A DNA stretch of 57,653 nucleotides, taken from positions 1 to 57,653 of the forward strand of contig JBGPBY010000003.1 of assembly GCA_041481485.1 (NCBI GenBank), in the 5' to 3' direction. Shown here piece after piece: positions 8,304-17,300 of the stretch (positions are counted from its first letter, which is position 1; each line of letters starts with the position of its first letter). Below the pieces are notes generated by a model that worked only from the letters and a program-made list of their open reading frames with translations, did no database searches and was not told where the DNA came from. The position numbers were made by a program, and so were the translations under genes. This stretch comes from Terriglobia bacterium. Its GTDB lineage: Bacteria > Acidobacteriota > Terriglobia > 20CM-2-55-15.

Positions 8304-9866
8304 TTGGCTTTCGCTTGTCTATTCGTTCCAGATTTTCCCGTGCAGGCCGTCGTCCGTCTCGAGCCGGAGCTCCGGAAACAACCTGTCGCGATTCTTGCCG
8401 GCGCTTCTCCGTTGACGAAGGTGTTTGCGGTGAACGACGAAGCGCGAAATCTTGGCGTCGAAACGGGAATGACGAAGGTGCAGGTGGAAGCGTTCCGCGG
8501 AATTGCCTGGAGATGGCGATCCGTTCCTCAAGAAGCGACAGCTCACGCGGCGCTCCTCGACTGTGCGTGGACGATTTCACCGCGCGTCGAGGACGCGGAA
8601 AAACGCGAGGGGCAGGATTATTCAGACACGGTGGTGCTTGATCTGGCAGGTTGCGAAAAGCTCTTCGGCTCACCCGAGAAAATCGCGCACGATCTGAAAC
8701 GAGTTGCGGGGGAAATGGGACTAGCTGCCCACGTCTCCGTTGCCGGAAACCCGCGAGCAGCTGTCTGCGCTGCGCATGGTTTCGCGGGCGTCACGGTCAT
8801 TCCAGAGGGAGAAGAAGGTCTTCGAATCGGAACGCTTCCTCTCGAAGCTCTCCGCGTCCCCGCCCAATTCGTCGAGACGCTAGGGCGCTGGGGCATTCTC
8901 ACCTGTGCGGAGTTTTCTGTTCTCGCCGAAGTTGCGGTAGTCGAGCGACTCGGACAGGAAGGCCTTCGCTGGTGGCGGCTGGCACGGGGTGGGGACCAAC
9001 ATTCGCTGATCGCCAGAGATTTTCCCACGACGTTTGAAGAGCACATGGATCTGGACTCGCCGGTGGAATTGCTGGAGCCGTTGCTTTTTGTCCTGAACCG
9101 GCTTCTCGAACAACTGTGCTCGCGTTTGCGGATGCACATTCTTTCCATTGGCGAAATTAAAGTCACTCTCGCTCTCGAACCAAAAGACTCGCGAAGCAAA
9201 GAACCGGTTCTGCATATCCGAACGCTGCGGCTTCCCGTTCCCGGCCTGGACAACAAATTGTTTCTGAAACTCCTGCAGCTCGATCTCGAGGCGCATCCTC
9301 CTCCCTTGCCCGTCGTATCCGTTCGCATCGAGACGGTTCCAGCGAGGGCACGCTCGCGACAGCTTGGTCTCTTTCTTCCTCTCTCCCCCGATCCGGAGCG
9401 TCTTGAAATCACGCTTGCGAAAATTCAGAACACGGTCGGAGAAACCAGGGTTGGGGCACCGGTGCTACTCGATACGCATGGGCCTATCTCTTTCCGGCAG
9501 AACCGCTTCGTTATGCCGGAAATGAAAGACAGGCGCGGTATTCGAGAAAAGCCGACGACCGCCGCGATGCGCATTTACCGGCCACCGCTTCCGGCGATCG
9601 TTGAGTTCAAAGACGGTAAACCAGCAGTGCTCGCCTGTGAAGGCGCCCATCGCCAGATACTCGCGTTCGCCGGGCCCTGGAAAAGGAAAGGAGATTGGTG
9701 GTCGGAAACTCCCTGGGCCCGCGAGGAATGGGATGTCGCCATTCGGACGCTGCGTCCGAAAGTGCAGGCAGAACAAGCGCAAAAAAGCGAGAACGAGACG
9801 GCGCTCTATCGTGTGTACAAGGATCTGCGGGCGAAACGCTGGTTCGTGGAAGGAATCTACGATTGA
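8304..9866 (+). CDS. imuB: ImuB, inactive Y-family polymerase
   Basis: ACLFVPDFPVQA start, SPRVE, no catalytic DE pair, QLGLF clamp motif, GPW...WW...WFVEGIYD tail. Confidence 0.9.
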   Translation: MAFACLFVPDFPVQAVVRLEPELRKQPVAILAGASPLTKVFAVNDEARNLGVETGMTKVQVEAFRGIAWRWRSVPQEATAHAALLDCAWTISPRVEDAEKREGQDYSDTVVLDLAGCEKLFGSPEKIAHDLKRVAGEMGLAAHVSVAGNPRAAVCAAHGFAGVTVIPEGEEGLRIGTLPLEALRVPAQFVETLGRWGILTCAEFSVLAEVAVVERLGQEGLRWWRLARGGDQHSLIARDFPTTFEEHMDLDSPVELLEPLLFVLNRLLEQLCSRLRMHILSIGEIKVTLALEPKDSRSKEPVLHIRTLRLPVPGLDNKLFLKLLQLDLEAHPPPLPVVSVRIETVPARARSRQLGLFLPLSPDPERLEITLAKIQNTVGETRVGAPVLLDTHGPISFRQNRFVMPEMKDRRGIREKPTTAAMRIYRPPLPAIVEFKDGKPAVLACEGAHRQILAFAGPWKRKGDWWSETPWAREEWDVAIRTLRPKVQAEQAQKSENETALYRVYKDLRAKRWFVEGIYD

Positions 9867-12800
9867 AGTACATCGAGCTGCACGCTTCATCGGCCTTCAG
9901 TTTTCTGGAAGGCGCTTCACGCCCTGAGGATCTCGTTTCACGCGCGAAGGAACTCGAGATGCCCGCGATTGCTCTGGTCGATCGTGATGGTGTGTACGGG
10001 GCTCCCCGCTTTCACATGGCGGCAAAAACGGTTGGCATACGCTCGCACGTCGGTGCGGAAATCTCGGTGGAAGGATTTGGAAACCGCGCGGGATTGCCTC
10101 ATTGGATGCCGAACGCTTCTTCCCCGCAGCCGGTGCGGTTGACGCTGCTCGTCGAAAGCCGGGCCGGATACCAGAACCTCTGCCGCCTGATCACGCGCTA
10201 TAAATTGCGCGAAAAGGAAAAAGGAACCGGAACGGCCACTCTCAGAGAGATCGCTGAACACGCGGAGGGGCTCGTGTGTCTGACGGGAGGGGCGGAAGGA
10301 GTTCTCGCGGCCTCTCTTTCAAGTCATGGCTACGACGAAGCGCGGAAGAGCGTGGAAACGCTGATGGCTTTATTCGGACGGAAGAATGTGTATGTCGAAT
10401 TGCAACGGCATTGCGATTCCGTGGAAGAGCGCCGGAATCAGGCGGCGGTCCGACTGGCGAAGTCATTCCATCTGCCGCTTCTTGCGACCAATGGTGTTCA
10501 TTATGCGACGGCCGCAGAGCGCGAGCTGATGGACGTCTTCACCTGTATTCGCAATCACGCAAAGCTGGAAACTGCGGGAAGGCTCCTGGAACGGAACGAC
10601 GAGCGAGCGCTTCGTTCCGCTGCGGAAATGAAAGAACTCTTTTCGGATTTACCCGAAGCAATAGACAACACGAGCGAACTCTCGGCGCGACTCGGGTTCA
10701 CACTGGCCGAACTCGGCTATGAATTCCCACGCTATCCCGTTTCCGCGGGAGAAACGATGGATTCGTTCCTCAGAAAGCGCACGGAAGAAGGTTTTCAAAA
10801 CAGGTATGGCACGAAACGCAATGGAGAGTTGTTCGAACGCGCGCAAAAACAAGTACAGCGAGAATTGGAGTTAATCGAGAAACTGAAACTCGCGGGCTAC
10901 TTCCTGATTGTTTGGGACATCATTCGATTCTGCCGCGAACAGAATATTCTCGTGCAAGGCCGTGGTTCGGCAGCGAACAGTGCTGTTTGCTATTCGCTGG
11001 GAATCACAGCGGTCGATCCAGTCGGCATGGAGTTGCTCTTCGAGCGGTTTCTTTCGGAGGAACGCGGAGAATGGCCGGACATCGATCTCGATTTGCCGAG
11101 CGGTGACCAGCGAGAAAAAGCAATTCAGTATGTGTATCAGCGGTACGGCCAACTTGGCGCTGCGATGACGGCGAACGTCATCACGTATCGCGACCGCTCC
11201 GCTGCGCGAGAAGTGGGCAAAGTTCTTGGGTTCGATCAAGAGACGCTCGACCAGCTTGCGAGCGTTGTCGACAGTGGCGAATGGAGAGGTCCGTCCGACA
11301 ATTTCGAGAATCATTTTCAGCAAGTCGGCTTAGACATGAATCATCCCCGAATTCGCAAATACTGGGAGTTGTGCGAACGCATTCAGGATCTGCCGCGACA
11401 TTTAGGCCAGCACTCGGGAGGCATGGTGGTGTGCCAAGGGCAGCTCAATGCAGTGGTTCCGCTCGAACCGGCGTCGATGCCGGGACGGGTTGTGGTGCAG
11501 TGGGACAAAGACGACTGCGCCGACATGGGCATCGTGAAGGTGGACCTGTTGGGACTAGGCATGATGGCAGTGCTCGAAGAGTGTCTCGAACTCATTCCGA
11601 AGCATTACAACGTACCCATTGATTTGGCGCAGCTCCCTTCCGACGATCCTCCGGTATACAAGACTTTGCGCAAGGCGGACACGGTGGGAATGTTTCAGGT
11701 GGAAAGCCGAGCGCAGATGGCCTCGTTGCCGCGCAATGCTCCGGTCAAGTTTTACGACCTTGTGGTGCAGGTGGCCATCATTCGTCCCGGTCCGATTGTG
11801 GGAAAGATGATGCATCCCTATATGCGGCGGCGGCAGGGAAAAGAATCCGTCGCGTACGCGCATCCTTCGCTCGAACCGATTCTAAAAAGAACGTTGGGGG
11901 TGCCGCTGTTTCAGGAACAACTGTTGCGTATAGCCATGGTCGCTGCGAATTTCACGGGTGGCGAAGCGGAGGATTTGCGCCGAGCGATGGGATTCAAGCG
12001 TTCGGAAGAACGCATGAAGAAAATCGAAGCCAAGCTGCGAAGCGGCATGACGCAGAACGGCTTCCGTCCGGAAACGCAGGAGGAAATCATTACCCAGATC
12101 AGTTCGTTCGCCCGTTACGGATTTCCCGAATCGCATGCGGCAAGTTTCGCTCTCATCGCCTACGCGAGCGCATACTTGAAGGAGTATTACCTCGCAGCAT
12201 TCACCGCTGCCTTGCTCAACAACCAGCCGATGGGTTTTTACAGTCCGGCCGTTCTGATACAAGATGCGCGATTGCACGGACTGCGTGTCAGGCCGATCGA
12301 CGTTCTTCAATCGGAGTGGAACTGCACGATCGAGCATGTCTTGCGAAACGAAAAGGACATTCCGTGTTTGCGAATCGGGTTTCGGTACGTCCGCGGAATG
12401 AGGGAGGCCGCGGCGGAGAAGATCGTTTCGGAGCGGCGAAAGCGCACTTTCGGAGGAATCGAAGACTTAACCTACCGCGTGCCGGAGCTACAGAAAGCGG
12501 AACTGGTGACGCTCAGCGAAATCGGCGCCCTGAATCCCCTCGGAAACGGAATGCATCGACGATCGGCGCTTTGGCAAGTCGAGCGAGCCGCGCGTCCGGG
12601 AGGCCCATTGCTCGACACGATTCCTGAGCAATTGGAATTGTCGCCGCTGAGACGGATGACAGATGAAGAGCGCCTGGTCGCGGATTTTCACGGAGCGGGC
12701 CTGAGTACGGGTCCGCATCCGATGAGCTACTGCCGCGAGGCTCTCACAAAACAGGAAGTGAAACGAGCATGTGACTTGCCTCGATTGCCAGACGGGCAAT

Positions 12801-13072
12801 TCACCCGTGTGGCAGGATGTGTGATCGCACGGCAGCGTCCGGGAACGGCCAAGGGCTTCGTCTTTTTGAGCCTTGAAGATGAAACGGGAATTTCGAATGT
12901 GATTGTGAATCCCGATCTTTACGAGAAATACCGGAAAGTGATTAACAGGGAAAAGTTTCTACGCGTGGACGGAATTCTGCAGAATCAAGACCACACCATC
13001 TCGATCAAAGCGTCGCAGGTAATGCCCATTTCGATTTCTGCGGCTGAAACACAATCCCACGACTTTCACTAA
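9863..13072 (+). CDS. dnaE2: Error-prone DNA polymerase DnaE2
   Basis: YIELHASSAFSFLEGAS (PHP), QGRGSAANS, PDIDLD, C-terminal SHDFH; TTG start overlaps the imuB stop. Confidence 0.96.
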   Translation: MKYIELHASSAFSFLEGASRPEDLVSRAKELEMPAIALVDRDGVYGAPRFHMAAKTVGIRSHVGAEISVEGFGNRAGLPHWMPNASSPQPVRLTLLVESRAGYQNLCRLITRYKLREKEKGTGTATLREIAEHAEGLVCLTGGAEGVLAASLSSHGYDEARKSVETLMALFGRKNVYVELQRHCDSVEERRNQAAVRLAKSFHLPLLATNGVHYATAAERELMDVFTCIRNHAKLETAGRLLERNDERALRSAAEMKELFSDLPEAIDNTSELSARLGFTLAELGYEFPRYPVSAGETMDSFLRKRTEEGFQNRYGTKRNGELFERAQKQVQRELELIEKLKLAGYFLIVWDIIRFCREQNILVQGRGSAANSAVCYSLGITAVDPVGMELLFERFLSEERGEWPDIDLDLPSGDQREKAIQYVYQRYGQLGAAMTANVITYRDRSAAREVGKVLGFDQETLDQLASVVDSGEWRGPSDNFENHFQQVGLDMNHPRIRKYWELCERIQDLPRHLGQHSGGMVVCQGQLNAVVPLEPASMPGRVVVQWDKDDCADMGIVKVDLLGLGMMAVLEECLELIPKHYNVPIDLAQLPSDDPPVYKTLRKADTVGMFQVESRAQMASLPRNAPVKFYDLVVQVAIIRPGPIVGKMMHPYMRRRQGKESVAYAHPSLEPILKRTLGVPLFQEQLLRIAMVAANFTGGEAEDLRRAMGFKRSEERMKKIEAKLRSGMTQNGFRPETQEEIITQISSFARYGFPESHAASFALIAYASAYLKEYYLAAFTAALLNNQPMGFYSPAVLIQDARLHGLRVRPIDVLQSEWNCTIEHVLRNEKDIPCLRIGFRYVRGMREAAAEKIVSERRKRTFGGIEDLTYRVPELQKAELVTLSEIGALNPLGNGMHRRSALWQVERAARPGGPLLDTIPEQLELSPLRRMTDEERLVADFHGAGLSTGPHPMSYCREALTKQEVKRACDLPRLPDGQFTRVAGCVIARQRPGTAKGFVFLSLEDETGISNVIVNPDLYEKYRKVINREKFLRVDGILQNQDHTISIKASQVMPISISAAETQSHDFH

Positions 13073-13085
13073 TTCCAGCGCAGTC

Positions 13086-14153
13086 CTACTCGAAGAGTAC
13101 CGGCTGAGCGGATGCATTGTCCGTCTCGCGAAAATTGCTGAGCCCAACGCCAACGAGACGAAAGCGTTGTTGCGGGCTAAGTTTCACACGCTGTCGCAAC
13201 GATAGGGCAATGTTCGTCAGTTCTTCACAGGAGGAAGGTGGAAAGCCGGGTGTATGGCTGCGCGTTAGGATTTTGAAGTCACTGGTCTTCAGTTTGAGCA
13301 TCACGGTGTGAGCGATGCGCGACTCGGTCCGTGACGCTGTCCAGGTCTTTTCCGCAAGTCTTCGGATCATGGGCTCCGTTTCTGTCAACGGGACATCTAG
13401 TTCGAACGTATCTTCTGCAGATATGGACTGCGTTGGTCGGTCCGGAACGACTTCGTTGTTATCGACTCCTCGAGCCAACTCGTGGAGACGGACCCCATAG
13501 CGACCGAAGCGACGTTCCAGTGTTGATAAATCGAGCGATCGCAAATCCGCGAGTGTTTGTATTTGCAAGACTTTGAGCTTTTCTTCCGTGACCTTTCCAA
13601 CTCCCGGCAAACAACCCACTGGCAGAGGCAGCAAAAAGGTATCGACTTCTTCGGGCTGGATGACGAACAGTCCATCCGGCTTCTTCCAGTCGGAAGCAAT
13701 CTTGGCGAGGAATTTATTGGGCGCCACACCCGCCGAGGCGGTCAGATTTAGTTCCATGCGAATCTGTTCGCGAATAGTGCGCGCCACTTGCGTAGCTGTT
13801 GGAAGTCCGGTCTTGTTCTCCGAAACATCGAGGTACGCTTCATCGAGAGATAAGGGTTCGATCAGATCGGTGTGCCTCTTGAAGATTTCGCGTACCTGCC
13901 GGGAGACAGCTCTGTAGCGCGGAAAATCCGGCGGCAGGAACACGGCATTGGGACAGAGGCGTTCCGCCCGAACTGCCGGCATTGCGGAACGCACGCCAAA
14001 CTTTCGCGCCTCATACGACGCCGCGCACACCACGGATCGGTTTCCGCGCCACGCGACGACGACGGGGTTGCCGCGCAGTTGCGGATCGTCCCGCTGCTCT
14101 ACCGACGCGTAAAAAGCGTCCATGTCGATATGCACGATTTTGCGCAGGCGCAT
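13086..14153 (-). CDS. dinB: DNA polymerase IV
   Basis: HIDMDAFYASVEQ, SYEARKFGVRSAM, SLDEAYLD, NKFLAKIASD; C-terminal QPVLF. Confidence 0.96.
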   Translation of the reverse strand: MRLRKIVHIDMDAFYASVEQRDDPQLRGNPVVVAWRGNRSVVCAASYEARKFGVRSAMPAVRAERLCPNAVFLPPDFPRYRAVSRQVREIFKRHTDLIEPLSLDEAYLDVSENKTGLPTATQVARTIREQIRMELNLTASAGVAPNKFLAKIASDWKKPDGLFVIQPEEVDTFLLPLPVGCLPGVGKVTEEKLKVLQIQTLADLRSLDLSTLERRFGRYGVRLHELARGVDNNEVVPDRPTQSISAEDTFELDVPLTETEPMIRRLAEKTWTASRTESRIAHTVMLKLKTSDFKILTRSHTPGFPPSSCEELTNIALSLRQRVKLSPQQRFRLVGVGLSNFRETDNASAQPVLFE

Positions 14154-14330
14154 GCCAGAGTCATTTTATTCCTCATTTAAGAAAGACTGGGAAGTCCTTC
14201 TCCCGAAAGCGAGTACTTTCTCGGTGGGTCTAAATCGGGAATGGCACCAGACTCTTCTGCGTCATGCTATAACTCGATAACGCACACATAGTTACGATGT
14301 TGCTGTGCAGGAGAGGGCGTTTTATCGCGT

Positions 14331-17300
14331 ATGGCTGGGTCAGCTTCGCCAAATCCGGACTTCAAAGGGCTCGTTTTAGGGACGATCGAGAAGTTGCGCG
14401 CAAAGCTGCTCGATTTGACGATGGCCAACCGGCTGCTGAACTTCAAACCTTCTGAAAAATCGAAGAGCCACGTGCGGGTCATCGACGAGATTCCTGAGGC
14501 ACTATTTGAAAAGCTAGAGAATGGGAAGGAACTTGAGTTTGCATGGATCGAAGATCCAGATTTGGAACCAACGGATGAGCGTACACGTGAGTTCAGTGAG
14601 GCGGTGAAAATTGGCAAAACCTCCGACACGGACTACCTGGAACAACTGGAGAAGCTTGGAAAACGTCCGTCGCGGAGGCAACTGGCCACGGCTGAACGGG
14701 GGTTGCGGGACAGAGTACGTCTTTCGTTAGGCTTGGCTCCCAGACTCAAGCCATCGGTCGTCGACCGGGCCCGTGAATTGGGATTCGATCCGAACTACGA
14801 TTTGGCATCTGATTCTGAGCATCGCAGTCGTGCGCACGGTGATTCCCGAATTCAGACTCTGCTGTATCGAGAAGCAATGGAGGCCAAGCTTTCGGCAATT
14901 CGAGAAACTGACAAGACGCTTCTCGACGATGCGGGAGTGAACGCATTGTACGCCGTCTTCGGTGCCGTGGAGTGGTTTGAATCGGCTGACTCCGACGTGC
15001 CGATTTTCGCTCCGGTTCTGTTTGTTCCCGTGGAAATTCGGCGAGTTCTGGACGAAGGGGTCTATCACTACGTTCTCGTGGCCCGCGATGACGATATCGA
15101 GGTCAACCAGGCGTTTGGACAACTTATAAGAGAGACTCATTCCATCGAGCTGCCTCCATGGAATCCGGAATCAACGCTGAGTACGTACTTCCGTGATGTC
15201 GAACGTGTCCTGGAATCCCAGCGTCGGTGGCGCCTGCGCCGTTGGGTGACAGTCGGACTGTTCACGTTCGCGAAAATGGCGATGTATCGGGATCTGGAGA
15301 CGAAACGGTGGTCGGAAGCAGGCGGCCTCGAGTCGCACTCCGTATTGAACGAGTTGTTAGCCGGCACGGAGGCAGTGTCAGACGTAACGCTGGCCCCCGA
15401 TTATGAGATCGATTCGCCTGCGATGGCTCAGAAAAACCAGACGCTGGTTACGGACGCAGATTCATCACAACACAGCGCATTGATCGACGTTTCTGAAGGA
15501 AAAAGTCTGGTGATTCAAGGACCGCCAGGAACAGGGAAATCACAGACGATCACGAACATCATTGCTGCCGCGATGAACGAAGGCAAGAGAGTCTTGTTTG
15601 TTGCTGAAAAAATGGCGGCGCTGAAGGTCGTGAAGGATCGTTTGGACAGTTTCGGTCTGGGGGTTTTCTGCCTCGAGGTTCATTCGAACAAGACCAGGAA
15701 AACGGCAGTCCTCAAGTCACTGGAGGAGCGACTAAATCTCTCCGGCTCACTACTCGATGGACGGCAGCTGAGGCAGACGCTGGAGTCCTTTGATCAGACG
15801 CGCAACGAATTGGTCCACTATGCGAACAAGATGAAGGAGGATGTTGGGGAAACAGGTCTTACCGTCCATGAGGTTTTGCGCGGGAATTGTATCCGGACGC
15901 CTTTGGGAGAATCACTACCCCCCGGCTTGCGAAAAGCCCGGACGGTTGAGCCGACGCAAGTGAGCGATTCAACGCGGTCGGAGTTGAAAGACCTAGCGAA
16001 CGACCTGCAATCCGCTGCTTCAAACATAAATCGGTGGGGCGGCTTGATGAATCACCCATGGCGGGGCCTTGAGAATGACGGACTCGACGTATTTCAAGCA
16101 GAAGAACTGCTTTCTGAGCTGACCTCCTGGGATCAGTCCCTTGGAGTGCTAGAAGATGAAATTGCTGCCGCAAACAAGGAAACCAAGTGGGGAATGGAAA
16201 GCACGGCCAAAAGTGCTGAGCGCTTCATTATGGATGTTCTGGCAATTCCAGCTGCAACCGCCACGCTGAATGACGAGCTTATCCGCAAAGGCGCGACCGA
16301 CAAGGGCCTGGGTGAGCTGAAAAGTACCTTCGAAAACGTAAAGAATGTGGACTCTTTATACGAACAATTGATGCATGTTTTCAAGAATCGTGAGTCGCTG
16401 GATGACGCGAAAGTCTCGGAAGTGCAATCGGCGACAGCAGTTGGGCATGAACTACACCTGGAAGAAGTCACCGTTGGAAATATCGCTGTCCTGAATGCTG
16501 AACGTTCCGTCACGGCCAAACAATTGGAAGAAGCAAGTTCGGAACTGCGGTTGTTTGCAGAGCAGTTTGGAATCAAGAGCCCCACAGTTGGCGACGTGGG
16601 AAGCATGATGACTGCGATTGCCCTCTTGTCGGAACTTCCGATAAATCTCCTGGGCCTACGGGACGAAGCCCTGGTCGCAGACGGCTCGTTACAAATTGTC
16701 GAGCGCGGGAGCAAACAGGCTGAAAATATTCGAGCTCTCAAGAGCACGGTCACTGCTGACTTTCGGCTCATTGCACTTCCGTCCATCACGGACATCCGTG
16801 CTGCGGCGGCCACGCTTGAAAATTCAGGATTTCTCGCGCGATGGTTCGGTTCCGAGTATCGGGCGGCCCGGCGGGTATACGACAGTATCGCGCAACCGAA
16901 TGCAGTACAGCGCAAACGGCAGCCTGGACAAGAACTGGATAGATTGGCTCGCTTCATTGAACAAAAGCGAGAACTTGAGAATGACGCGGAACTCCGTCGT
17001 GTGGGCGGAATCTCCTTTCGAGGTGTGGAAACTCAGTGGCAGGAATTACTTGCTGTGGCGCGCTGGGCTTCGAAAGTGCGGCGCGAACTTCCCACGGGGT
17101 CCGTGGGAAACGACCGATGCCGCGAAGCCCTGTTGATCGGAGAAAGAGCGAGGCTCCAAGGGGTCATCGAGCTGTCGAGGAAAGCCGAACGATTGACCGC
17201 ACTAAAACGGTTTTTGGGTCTCGGCGCAACCCTTGAGCAAGATGCTGACTCATTGTGCGTTGTCAGGCAAGCGGCCGCAGTACGCACGGGAGAGCTGAAC

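Noticed and set aside
9695-9862. N-terminal extension of DnaE2
   Set aside because: Overlaps imuB; the TTG at 9863 is coupled to the imuB stop and precedes the conserved YIELH.
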